A stretch of 56,876 nucleotides of DNA from Actinomycetota bacterium (GTDB lineage Bacteria; Actinomycetota; Acidimicrobiia; Spongiisociales; ZC4RG35). The notes below the pieces were generated by a model. That model made no database searches. It saw only the letters and a program-made list of their open reading frames with translations, and was not told the DNA's origin. A program made the translations under genes and the position numbers. This document shows positions 48,152 to 56,876 of this stretch, in pieces; within the stretch, counting starts at the first letter, position 1; each line of letters begins with the position of its first letter. Where the stretch lies: positions 1 to 56,876 of the forward strand of contig JAYEGJ010000130.1 of assembly GCA_034658975.1 (NCBI GenBank), in the 5' to 3' direction.

Positions 48152-49042
48152 ATGCAGAACAAGGCAGTCGTCGTGGAGACCGCCGCAATGCGGTCGCGGT
48201 TCAGCGCCTATCTAGCGTTAACCAAGCCGCGCATCATCGAACTGCTCCTCATCACGACGATCCCGGCAATGGTGCTGGCGGCCGGCTCATGGCCGGGCAC
48301 CTGGCTGGTCCTCACCACCCTGATCGGCGGATCCCTCTCCGCCGGTGGGGCCAACGCAATCAACTCCTACTACGACCGGGACATCGACGAGCTGATGAAG
48401 AGGACGAGGCTTCGTCCCATGGCCCAACACGAGGTGCCCCCTGCCAACGCCCTCATCTTCGGCATCGTCCTCGGCATTGCCGGGTTCGCCTGGCTGTGGG
48501 CGACCACCAACCTGCTGGCCGCGTCGCTGTCGACGGCCGCTCTTCTCTTCTACGTATTCGTCTACACCATCGGTCTCAAGAGGCGATCCCCTTCGAACAT
48601 CGTGATCGGGGGCGCCGCCGGCGCTGCTCCGGTGCTGGTTGGCTGGGCGGCAGCGACCGGGACGGTTGGGATAGGCGCCTGGGTGCTCTTCCTGATCGTC
48701 TTCTACTGGACGCCTCCTCACTTCTGGGCTCTCGCCGTCAGATACAAGGACGACTATGAGGCAGCCGGGGTGCCCATGCTTCCGGTGGTGGCCGGTGTGG
48801 AGACAACCACAAGGCGGATGCTGATGTACACCGGTTTGATGGTGGGTACATCCCTGCTTTTGGTCCCGATCGGGCCCATGTCCTGGATCTATTTGGCGGC
48901 AGCGATCGGGCTCGGTTCCTGGTTCCTGTGGGACACCTGGAAGGTCTACCGGGAACCGGACCAGGCCATGCGGTTATTCACGACCTCGACCGTCTACCTG
49001 TCGGCGCTCTTTGCCGCCGTGTTGCTGGACGTTCTCATTTGA
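48152..49042 (+). CDS. ctaB: Protoheme IX farnesyltransferase (heme o synthase)
   Basis: LTKPRII, N.YYDRDID..MKRT..RP, YT..LKR, NIVIGG.AGA, WTPPHFWAL, DY..AGVPMLP; ATG after TACCGT-N7. Confidence 0.95.
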   Translation: MQNKAVVVETAAMRSRFSAYLALTKPRIIELLLITTIPAMVLAAGSWPGTWLVLTTLIGGSLSAGGANAINSYYDRDIDELMKRTRLRPMAQHEVPPANALIFGIVLGIAGFAWLWATTNLLAASLSTAALLFYVFVYTIGLKRRSPSNIVIGGAAGAAPVLVGWAAATGTVGIGAWVLFLIVFYWTPPHFWALAVRYKDDYEAAGVPMLPVVAGVETTTRRMLMYTGLMVGTSLLLVPIGPMSWIYLAAAIGLGSWFLWDTWKVYREPDQAMRLFTTSTVYLSALFAAVLLDVLI

Positions 49043-49860
49043 GGCGAGCTGTTGCATGGCTGGCGCTTGCCGGTCTGGCGTTGGGTGCATGCAGCACCGG
49101 CGTCGACCCCTCGATCGTGCTTGCCTCGTCTGCTCAAGGCATCGGAGTCGGGCAGCAAAGGATTCTGATCGCAGTGACCGATCTCAGCACCGGCGACTTC
49201 CTGGCCGCTCCGGGAATCGATGTCGTCGGCACCTTGAGAAATACCGATGGCTCGCCGCTCGACGAGTCGGCCGGTCGGTTTCTGTGGGCCTTGCCCGACG
49301 AGTCAGGGGTGTACGCCTTCGAGTTCACCATCCCCGAAGCAGACACATTTCAAGTGACGGTTCGCTCTGATGAGTGGGGCGATGTAGGTCCGATCGGTCT
49401 GGTCGCGTTGGAGGATCCTTCGGTGGTGGGGGTCGGCGAGGAGGCACCGCTTTCGGCGACGAGGACCACCGCGACTCATCCCCTCGAGGAGATCACCTCG
49501 GACCCCAACCCTGATCCTTCGCTCTACGACATGTCGATTGCGGAGGCAGTCGAGGAGGGCCCGGCGGTGATCGTGTTCTCGACCTTTGTCGGCTGCTCGG
49601 ATGCCTGTGGCACTCTGCTCGATCAGGTCAAGGCCCTCGCTCCCGGATTCGCCGGCATCGGTTTCGTTCATGTCGATGTCTACGAGGATGTCAGCGGAGA
49701 CGACGCGGGACTGGTGGCTGCGGTCGCCGAGTGGGGTCTGCCGACCGAACCATGGCTTTTCGTCATCGACGCCTCGGGAACGGTTCGATCACGGATGGAA
49801 GGAGCCGCCTCCGACGAGGAGTTGGAGTCTTCCATTGCCTTGGTGGCTCCGCAGAAATAA
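49039..49860 (+). CDS. Lipoprotein with C-terminal thioredoxin-like domain (CxxxC)
   Basis: TTG overlapping the ctaB stop; LALGAC lipobox; VIVFST..GCSDACG, F.HVDVY, W.LPTEPW.FVID..G.V. Confidence 0.78.
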   Translation: MRRAVAWLALAGLALGACSTGVDPSIVLASSAQGIGVGQQRILIAVTDLSTGDFLAAPGIDVVGTLRNTDGSPLDESAGRFLWALPDESGVYAFEFTIPEADTFQVTVRSDEWGDVGPIGLVALEDPSVVGVGEEAPLSATRTTATHPLEEITSDPNPDPSLYDMSIAEAVEEGPAVIVFSTFVGCSDACGTLLDQVKALAPGFAGIGFVHVDVYEDVSGDDAGLVAAVAEWGLPTEPWLFVIDASGTVRSRMEGAASDEELESSIALVAPQK

Positions 49861-49913
49861 CAGGCAATCAAGAAGTGCGACCGATCTGGTTCTCCTATAT
49901 GATGCCGCTCGGA

Positions 49914-50978
49914 ATGCCCCGGATCCTCCCATTTCTAAAGCGTTTTGCTGCGCTTTCTGGAACAGCGCTGTTCCTGACCTCGTGTTCGTGGATCGGAAAC
50001 GAGGACGGCCCGCTCACCACTTTCAAGCCGGCCGGCCCGAATGCCGACCGTATTGACGGCCTCTTCTGGCTCACGTTCTGGATCGCTACGGTCATCTTCT
50101 TCCTCGTCATGGGCGCTCTCGTCGTGATGCTCGTTGTATTCCGCGACAAAGGAGACAAGGAGAAGAAGCTGCCGAAGCAGACCCACGGCCACGCCGGTCT
50201 CGAGGTTGTCTGGACTGTCATCCCGGCCCTGATCCTCGCTGCGATCGCCGTGCCGACGGTCACGGCCGTGTTCGACCTGACGGGATGCGAAGACGACTCG
50301 ATGCGGGTGGAAGTGACCGGCCACCAGTGGTGGTTCGAGTATCACTATCCCGACCAGGACATCGATACGGCCAACGTCATGGTGATTCCCGTCGGTCAGG
50401 AGGTCTGCGCCGAGATGACATCCGCTGACGTCTTGCACAACTTCTGGGTCCCCGCACTGCACGGAAAGCGCTACCTGGTCCCAGGGCAGACCACCGAGTT
50501 GCGTCTGGAGGCCGATGAGACAGGCGAGTTCTGGGGTCATTGTGCGGAGTTCTGCGGGCTGTCCCACAGCCTCATGCGGGCACGGGTCCAAGTGGTCACC
50601 CAATCCGAGTTCGACGCCTGGGTGTCGGCTCAGCAGAAACCAACACCGCTTCCTGCCGAGGGAACACCCGAAGGCGATGGTTATCAGGTCTTCACCAACA
50701 AGGGCTGTGTTCAGTGCCATACGGTGCGTTTCGACGACGACTCGGCTTCGAACGTGATCGATGCGGCCGCATTCAATGGACCCGATCTGACCCACTTCGC
50801 ATCGCGCGACGTCTTTGCCGGGGCCTCCTTGCCCGAGCAGGGCCAGACCTACGAACAAGCCCTCAAGGCATGGCTGGCCGACCCCCCGAACATCAAGCCG
50901 GGAAGCTTCATGCCCAACCTGGCACTTACCTCCCAAGAAATCGATGACCTGATCGTCTGGCTGGAGAGCAACAAATGA
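49914..50978 (+). CDS. ctaC: Cytochrome c oxidase subunit II with fused cytochrome c (caa3 type)
   Basis: LTSC lipobox, LEVVWT..P, GHQWWFEY, DVLHNFW, CAEFCGLSHSLM CuA site, CVQCH heme c and MP; start could also be 49899/49902. Confidence 0.94.
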   Translation: MPRILPFLKRFAALSGTALFLTSCSWIGNEDGPLTTFKPAGPNADRIDGLFWLTFWIATVIFFLVMGALVVMLVVFRDKGDKEKKLPKQTHGHAGLEVVWTVIPALILAAIAVPTVTAVFDLTGCEDDSMRVEVTGHQWWFEYHYPDQDIDTANVMVIPVGQEVCAEMTSADVLHNFWVPALHGKRYLVPGQTTELRLEADETGEFWGHCAEFCGLSHSLMRARVQVVTQSEFDAWVSAQQKPTPLPAEGTPEGDGYQVFTNKGCVQCHTVRFDDDSASNVIDAAAFNGPDLTHFASRDVFAGASLPEQGQTYEQALKAWLADPPNIKPGSFMPNLALTSQEIDDLIVWLESNK

Positions 50979-53011
50979 CGGCGACGGCTGAACGACCACA
51001 AGCAACCATCTTCAAGCGGCCCTCTTCGACCGAGGGAATCTGGTCGTGGCTGACGACGGTCGACCACAAGAAGATCGGCATCATGTACGGGTACGCCGCC
51101 TTCTTCTTCTTCCTGCTCGGCGGCACCGAGGCTCTGCTCCTTCGGTGGCATCTGGCCTCGGCGAACTCGGAGTTCCTGACAGCCGGCGCCTACAACGCCA
51201 TGTTCACGATGCACGCAACCACGATGGTGTTCCTCTTTGTGATGCCGGCGTCGGCGGCGTTCATGAACTACCTGATCCCACTCATGATCGGCGCCCGGGA
51301 TGTGGCCTTCCCCCGTCTCAATGCCTTGTCCTGGTGGATCTTCTTCTTCGGTGGGATCTTTCTCTACAGCACCTTCATCTTCGGGACTTCCGTTGCCCCG
51401 ATCTCGCCCGACGGGATCGCCGGCAACCTCGCCGCCGGTGGTGGTCCGGGGAGCTTCAACTGGCTGGCTGACTCGCCGGACGGTGGCTGGTTCGGCTACC
51501 AACCCAACGCCGGTGCGTTCTATTCACCTGGAACGGCGATGGACTTCTGGGCTTTGGGCCTTCAAATCATCGGCCTTGCGTCGCTGATCTCCTCGGTCAA
51601 CTTCATCGTCACGGTGCTCAACATGCGGGCCAAGGGAATGCGATTGCTTCGCATGCCCGTCTTTGTGTGGATGTCGACGGTCGTCGCGTTCCTGCTTCTC
51701 TTCTCGATCCCGATCATTGCCGTGGCTCTGTTCATGGTCACTTTCGACAGGCAATTCGGTGCGGTCTTCTTCAGCCCCGTCGGCGGAGGTGATCCGGTCT
51801 TGTGGCAGCACCTCTTCTGGCTGTTTGGACATCCGGAGGTCTACATCCTGATCCTTCCCGCCATGGGCATCGTGTCCGAGGTGCTCCCGGTGTTCTCGAG
51901 GAAGCCGTTATTCGGCTACTCCGCCGTGGTGTTTGCCGGTGCAGCCATCGCCTTCCTCGGGTTTGGCGTCTGGGCCCACCACATGTTCTCGTCGGGGATC
52001 ACCCCGGTTGCCCAGGCCGCCTTCGGCCTCGCAACCATGACCATCGCCATCCCGACCGGTATCAAGATCTTCAACTGGATGGGAACGATGTGGGGTGGAC
52101 GATTACGTTTCACCACCCCGATGCTGTTCGCCATCGGTTTCGTCGCTATGTTCACCATCGGCGGCCTGTCGGGCGTTACCCACGCCGTCGTTCCCTCCGA
52201 CTGGCAGCAGACCGACACCTACTACATCGTCGCCCACTTCCACTATGTGCTCTTCGGCGGCTCGGTGTTCGGTCTCTTCGCCGGCCTCTATTACTGGTTC
52301 CCCAAGCTGACCGGCAAGGTCATGGATTCCCGTCTGGGCAAGTGGCACTTCTGGCTCATGTTCACCGGCTTCAACCTGACGTTTGCCCCAATGCACTGGC
52401 TCGGACTTCAGGGAATGGTTAGGAGAACCTGGAAGTACGCGCCGGAGACAGGTCTCGAACCGTGGAATGTGGCGGCGACCGTCGGCGCGTTCATCATTGC
52501 TTTTTCGATGTTGATATTCATGTACAACTGGTACAACAGCCGCCGCCGCGGGGTCGACTCGGGCCTCGATCCGTGGGATGCGAGGACCATCGAGTGGACG
52601 ATCCCCAACCCGACGCCGGAGTACAACTACGCCAGGTCTCCGGCCGTGACCAGCCTCGACCACTTCTGGCATTTCAAGTACGACGAGGACGACGAGGGTC
52701 GCGCCGTTCGCAAGGAGGATGCCGACGAGATCATCGCCGAGCTGGAGCAGGAAGGACTCAATCCGATCGAGCCCATCCACCTGCCGAATCCGTCGTACTT
52801 CCCGATTCTCATGGCGGTCGGGCTGCCCATCGTCTTCTACGGCATCATCTATCACACCACGCTTTGGGGCAAGCTCCTGATTGCCATTGGAGCCGTGATC
52901 ACGCTGTCGTCGCTTATTGGCTGGGCAATCGAGCCGATCGAGGAGCCCCATGCCCCTCAAGATGGCGGCGAGCCCGACCCGGAACCGGAGGGGGTGGATG
53001 CCGGTGTCTGA
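50975..53011 (+). CDS. ctaD: Cytochrome c oxidase subunit I (A1 type)
   Basis: TVDHKKIG, TMHAT.M, WLFGHPEVYI, WAHHM, AHFHYV, GMVRR. Confidence 0.97.
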   Translation: MTATAERPQATIFKRPSSTEGIWSWLTTVDHKKIGIMYGYAAFFFFLLGGTEALLLRWHLASANSEFLTAGAYNAMFTMHATTMVFLFVMPASAAFMNYLIPLMIGARDVAFPRLNALSWWIFFFGGIFLYSTFIFGTSVAPISPDGIAGNLAAGGGPGSFNWLADSPDGGWFGYQPNAGAFYSPGTAMDFWALGLQIIGLASLISSVNFIVTVLNMRAKGMRLLRMPVFVWMSTVVAFLLLFSIPIIAVALFMVTFDRQFGAVFFSPVGGGDPVLWQHLFWLFGHPEVYILILPAMGIVSEVLPVFSRKPLFGYSAVVFAGAAIAFLGFGVWAHHMFSSGITPVAQAAFGLATMTIAIPTGIKIFNWMGTMWGGRLRFTTPMLFAIGFVAMFTIGGLSGVTHAVVPSDWQQTDTYYIVAHFHYVLFGGSVFGLFAGLYYWFPKLTGKVMDSRLGKWHFWLMFTGFNLTFAPMHWLGLQGMVRRTWKYAPETGLEPWNVAATVGAFIIAFSMLIFMYNWYNSRRRGVDSGLDPWDARTIEWTIPNPTPEYNYARSPAVTSLDHFWHFKYDEDDEGRAVRKEDADEIIAELEQEGLNPIEPIHLPNPSYFPILMAVGLPIVFYGIIYHTTLWGKLLIAIGAVITLSSLIGWAIEPIEEPHAPQDGGEPDPEPEGVDAGV

Positions 53012-53630
53012 CGTCGCACACGACGCGGTGGTGGACCACCACGAGGAGCACGAGTCCACAGGAATCGATAGTCGCAAGCTGGGAATGTGGGCCTTCCTCA
53101 GCTCCGAATTCCTCTTCTTCGGCGCCCTCATCTCCAACTACCTGCTCTATTCGACTCGGGCAGGTTTCGACGGGGTGTACCCGGCGGAGATCTACGACAT
53201 TCCCTTCACCTCGGTCAGCTCATTCGTCCTGTTGATGAGTTCCCTGACCATGGTTCTGGCTCATAACGCGATGAGCCGGGGCGATCAGAACGGGACGAGA
53301 ACTTGGCTGTTCGCGACGGCGGCCTTGGGCGCTGTCTTCCTCGGCGGCCAGGTCTTCGAGTTCACCGAGTTCATTGTCGAATTCGGGATGACCCTATCTT
53401 CCAACCCGGCCGCCTCGGCCTTTTATCTGTTGACCGGCTTCCATGGTCTCCACGTGGCTGTGGGAGTCATCATGCTCCTGTCGCTCTGGGGCATCTCCCG
53501 CCGCAAAGGAGAGCTTTCGGACAGTCAGGGGATGAACCTGGAACTGGTGGGTCTCTACTGGCACTTCGTCGACATCATCTGGATCGTGATCTTCACCGTC
53601 GTCTACTTGCTGTCTGTGCCTCCGGGATGA
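52998..53630 (+). CDS. ctaE: Cytochrome c oxidase subunit III
   Basis: LGMWAFLSSE..FFG, LLMSSLTM, LTGFHGLHV..G, GLYWHFVDIIW; GGAGG RBS before ATG 52998. Confidence 0.94.
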   Translation: MPVSDVAHDAVVDHHEEHESTGIDSRKLGMWAFLSSEFLFFGALISNYLLYSTRAGFDGVYPAEIYDIPFTSVSSFVLLMSSLTMVLAHNAMSRGDQNGTRTWLFATAALGAVFLGGQVFEFTEFIVEFGMTLSSNPAASAFYLLTGFHGLHVAVGVIMLLSLWGISRRKGELSDSQGMNLELVGLYWHFVDIIWIVIFTVVYLLSVPPG

Positions 53631-53938
53631 GCACCGAGCAGCACGCCCATCCCACTCCGGCGCAGTACTGGAAGATCGCCGCGCTGCTGGGCCTCCTCAC
53701 GGCCGTCGAGGTCGGGATGTTCTATGTGAATCGGGAGTACGATCTGGGAGGCTTCAATGCGGTCATCCTCATTGCGCTGGCCATTCTCAAGTTCGTCATC
53801 GTTGTCGGCTGGTACATGCACCTTCGATTCGAGAAGTCCACGTTGACCCGGTTCTTTACGGCTGGATTCGTGCTCGCTGTCGGCCTCTATTTGGTCGTTC
53901 TGTCCGCGATGGGCGTCGTAGTCATTCGGGGTGGCTGA
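53627..53938 (+). CDS. Cytochrome c oxidase subunit IV (prokaryotic, caa3/CyoD-like)
   Basis: HP....Y..I...L..LT.VEV, KF..VV.WYMHLRFE; ATGA overlap. Confidence 0.88.
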   Translation: MSTEQHAHPTPAQYWKIAALLGLLTAVEVGMFYVNREYDLGGFNAVILIALAILKFVIVVGWYMHLRFEKSTLTRFFTAGFVLAVGLYLVVLSAMGVVVIRGG

Positions 53939-53960
53939 GGCTTGGTGCTAGAAACCTGGC

Positions 53961-55058
53961 ATGAACAATCCGCTTGAACCCGGCCGGTTCTTTCTCCCCG
54001 GTCCCACCGAAGTCCACCCCTCCGTACTGGAGGCCCAAGCACAGGCCATGATTGGCCACCGCGGTCCGGGGATTCAGGAATTGATGGAGCGCCTCGACAG
54101 AGGACTGCGCCCGCTGTTCCTGACCGAACGTCCGGTGTTCGTCTCAACGTCTTCGGCCACGGGATTGATGGAAGCCGCCGTCCGCAACGGTGTTCTCGGC
54201 GGCAGGGTGCTCAGCCTGGTGAACGGCGCCTTCTCGAGCCGTTTCGCCGAGATCGGCCGGACATGTGGCTTTGACGTCGACGAGTGGGAGGTCAACTGGG
54301 GAACGGTTCATTCGGCCGAAGAACTCTCCGACCGGCTGGATCGAGGCTCCTATGAAGCGGTCACACTCTCCCAATCCGAGACTTCGACCGGTGCCCTCCA
54401 AGACCTGGAGGCGATCTCGGAGGTGGTGGGTGCTCGAGATGAGACGCTTCTCCTGGTCGACTCGGTCACGGGGATCCCCGGCGTCGAAACGCACACCGAC
54501 GACTGGGGCATCGACTTCATACTCACCGGGTCCCAGAAGGCTCTGGCCCTGCCGCCGGGCCTGGCATTCGGAGTCGCTTCCGATCAGATGATGGAGCGAT
54601 CGGCCAAGGCGCCGGCTCGCGGCTGGTACTTCGCCCTTGATCGTCTGATGAAACAGCTTCTCGACAATCAGACCCCGGCGACGCCTGCTGTCTCCCTGCT
54701 CTACGCCCTCGACGTCCAGTTGGCGAGGATTGCCGAGGAGGGCATGCGAGCCCGCTGGGATCGGCACCTCGCCATGCAGGCGCGCACGATGGAATGGATC
54801 GATGAGATGAGCGATTCAGGAGTGGGTATCCGTCCCTACGCCGAAGCCGGTCACCGATCACCGACCGTGACGACCATTGCCATGCCGGAGAACGGGGGCG
54901 GCCCGGCCGTCGTGAGAGAGATGAGAGACCGCGGCTGGGTGATTGGCGGCGGCTATGGAAAGATCAAGGACGAGACAATCCGAATTGGCCACATGGGAGA
55001 TCACACGTTGGACGAACTCAATGAGCTGCTCGATGTCCTGGGAGATGCGCTGAGATGA
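53961..55058 (+). CDS. Class V aminotransferase (serine-pyruvate/alanine-glyoxylate type; probable phosphoserine aminotransferase role)
   Basis: PGPTEV, IGHRG, ETSTG, VDSVT, TGSQKALALPPGL, TPATP, RIGHMG. Confidence 0.9.
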   Translation: MNNPLEPGRFFLPGPTEVHPSVLEAQAQAMIGHRGPGIQELMERLDRGLRPLFLTERPVFVSTSSATGLMEAAVRNGVLGGRVLSLVNGAFSSRFAEIGRTCGFDVDEWEVNWGTVHSAEELSDRLDRGSYEAVTLSQSETSTGALQDLEAISEVVGARDETLLLVDSVTGIPGVETHTDDWGIDFILTGSQKALALPPGLAFGVASDQMMERSAKAPARGWYFALDRLMKQLLDNQTPATPAVSLLYALDVQLARIAEEGMRARWDRHLAMQARTMEWIDEMSDSGVGIRPYAEAGHRSPTVTTIAMPENGGGPAVVREMRDRGWVIGGGYGKIKDETIRIGHMGDHTLDELNELLDVLGDALR

Positions 55059-56017
55059 CATTCAGCGTTCTTTCAACCGACAAGGTTTCGATGGAGGGCC
55101 TTGCTCCTCTCATCGCCGACGATCGATTCGAGGTCACGAGCGTGGACGATTCGTCCAGCCCCGAGTTTGAGACCGCGCTGGCCACGGCCAACGCGCTGAT
55201 CGTCAGAAGCGCCACGAAGGTTGGTGCTGAGATGCTCGCGAAGGCCCCTGCTCTCGCCGTGATCGGCCGTGCCGGCGTCGGCATCGACAACATCGACGTG
55301 GATGCCGCGTCGGAGAGCGGAGTTGCCGTATACAACGCCCCTGGGGGGAACACAGTGGCCGCTGCCGAGCTGACGGTGGCTCTGATGCTCACCCTCACGC
55401 GTCACATTGCGTCCGCCGATAGATCGATGAGAGAAGGTCGGTGGGATCGTGCCGCCTTCAAGGGAGTCGAGCTTCGTGGCAAGACGCTCGGTCTGATCGG
55501 AGCCGGACGGATCGGTGGGGAAGTGGCCATGCGATGCACCGCTTTCGAGATGGATGTGATTGCCTACGACCCCTATCTCCCAGAGGAGCGCGCCGCGGAA
55601 CTCGGTATCCGACTCGTCGATCTCGACACGGTCGTCGAAACGGCCGATGTCATCTCCTGCCATGTTCCCCTCAACGATGAAACGAGAGGGATGGTCAACG
55701 AGGATGCGATGGCTCGCATGAGGCCCGGCGTCCGACTGATCAACGCCTCACGCGGTGGGGTGATCGACGAGCACGCCCTCGCCCAAGCGCTCCATGCGGA
55801 GAGCATCGGTGGGGCGGCGCTCGATGTGTTCGAGAACGAGCCTCTGGATGCCAACAGCCCACTCAGGGAAGCGCCGAACTTGGTGCTGACCCCTCACCTC
55901 GGAGCGTCGACCGTTGAGGCCCAGGTTGGCGTGGCGGTCGAGGTTGCGGAGCGCATCATCGAGACGCTGGCGGATGGTGATGTCAGTGCTGCGGTCAACG
56001 CGGCCCGACTCGATTGA
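55055..56017 (+). CDS. serA: D-3-phosphoglycerate dehydrogenase-like, no ACT domain
   Basis: VRSATKV, GRAGVGIDNID, N..AAAE, GKTLGLIGAGRIG, N.SRGG, LDVF..EP, TPHLGAST.EAQ. Confidence 0.8.
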   Translation: MTFSVLSTDKVSMEGLAPLIADDRFEVTSVDDSSSPEFETALATANALIVRSATKVGAEMLAKAPALAVIGRAGVGIDNIDVDAASESGVAVYNAPGGNTVAAAELTVALMLTLTRHIASADRSMREGRWDRAAFKGVELRGKTLGLIGAGRIGGEVAMRCTAFEMDVIAYDPYLPEERAAELGIRLVDLDTVVETADVISCHVPLNDETRGMVNEDAMARMRPGVRLINASRGGVIDEHALAQALHAESIGGAALDVFENEPLDANSPLREAPNLVLTPHLGASTVEAQVGVAVEVAERIIETLADGDVSAAVNAARLD

Positions 56018-56031
56018 TCGGTGAAGATTGA

Positions 56032-56876
56032 TCAGATGATCTGAACGACGGCGGCGTGTTCCTCGCCGCCCTCATCTTCCGTCGCCGCATCGGAACTGAT
56101 GAGCAGCACGGCGAGGATGATGAGAAGGATCGTTCCGATCCCGGCGATGGCGACCATGAGGTCGCCTACCGAGATCTTCATCTCGGGTCTCGACCCGGCC
56201 AGCGTCGCGAATCCGAGGATGCCGCCGGCAACCACGATTGCGATGATCGCCGCTCCCCCCGAAGCAAGACGGTTCGATTGGATCAAGACATAGCCGAAGG
56301 GAATCACGAGAAGCAACAGAATCATCAGACCGGCGACCGGGATGCCGACGGCTCCTCCGAGACGTTCCTTCACCTCGTCGACCTCTGCCCGGTCGGTCTC
56401 GCTGACCGCAACCGGGGTGCCGAATAGTTGAGGGACGGCCGAGGTGACAGCTCCGAGGATAGCGCCACCGACGAGAAGGGTTCCGAGGCTGGCCAGCACC
56501 GGAAGCTGGATCAACCCCTCCTCGCTTCCCTCGATCGGGGTCCCGATCGTGGTGAGGAGGGCACCGGCGATCAGACCGAGAACCAGGCCGAGGATTGCTC
56601 CCAGCCAGGCCGTCGACCCCTTCGAGTTCTTCAGTTGCATAGCCGGATTTGCCCATGCGGCGGCGGCACGGGAGAAGCCGGCGACGACGGCGCCGAAGAG
56701 AATCGATACGAGAGCGGCGCCGATCAGAACGCTGGTAGAGCTCACTTGCACGATCGGCCCCACATCGGGGACCACCGCTGCCCTGGGAGCCCAATATGCG
56801 GTGAAGATGAAGAAGGCGACGAAACCGAGCCCGGCGCCGGTCCACGCCCCGACCTTGACGGCTGTTCCTATCCGGG
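56032..56876 (-). CDS. Multi-pass membrane protein of unknown function, 5'-truncated by the window edge
   Basis: The frame of the 56032-56775 ORF stays open to the window end (RIGTAVKVGAWTGAGLGFVAFFIF...); several TM segments. Confidence 0.75.
   Translation of the reverse strand, partial: RIGTAVKVGAWTGAGLGFVAFFIFTAYWAPRAAVVPDVGPIVQVSSTSVLIGAALVSILFGAVVAGFSRAAAAWANPAMQLKNSKGSTAWLGAILGLVLGLIAGALLTTIGTPIEGSEEGLIQLPVLASLGTLLVGGAILGAVTSAVPQLFGTPVAVSETDRAEVDEVKERLGGAVGIPVAGLMILLLLVIPFGYVLIQSNRLASGGAAIIAIVVAGGILGFATLAGSRPEMKISVGDLMVAIAGIGTILLIILAVLLISSDAATEDEGGEEHAAVVQII

Noticed and set aside
52620-53011. C-terminal extension of oxidase subunit I as a novel fusion
   Set aside because: Two extra TM helices after a 'PIHLP..S..P' motif are typical of caa3/quinol oxidase subunit I.
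246-56845. Many long antisense or alternate-frame ORFs in the track (e.g. 7332-8387, 9677-10789, 28422-29561, 49935-51005)
   Set aside because: They shadow well-supported genes, lack family motifs and are expected in high-GC DNA.

Overview
GC-rich bacterial chromosomal window, most likely from an Actinomycetota (Acidimicrobiia-like) genome. This is inferred from gene content: clpS-DUF2017, glnE/nadE, an XRE-HBHA-like pair and pervasive TANNNT leaderless starts. It is mostly core metabolism: tRNA-Lys(UUU), P5C-dehydrogenase-like ALDH, plsY, bcp, kbl, an acyl-CoA catabolic cluster, udk-proC-proline dehydrogenase, a FadF/HdrD-like Fe-S oxidoreductase, aroF, glnE, nadE, mgtE, greA, a caa3-type cytochrome c oxidase operon and a serine-pathway pair. 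Most notable: (1) one ORF fuses an endonuclease IV-like TIM barrel to a LigD/Prim-PolC-type primase-polymerase, a candidate one-polypeptide excision-repair enzyme; (2) the next gene is a HisA barrel with both catalytic Asp replaced by Asn, fused to a VOC domain; (3) selD has an in-frame UGA (selenocysteine) and SECIS-like hairpin missed by the ORF track, and is coupled to a 2Fe-2S ferredoxin and a hydrolase. Also present are a CTAG-flanked MITE, a dispersed 50-bp palindromic repeat family, a tyrosine-integrase remnant at the tRNA 3' end, a candidate CTG start codon and two small ORFs. No CRISPR array or intact mobile element was seen. All family calls are from motif recognition by eye, with no database search.
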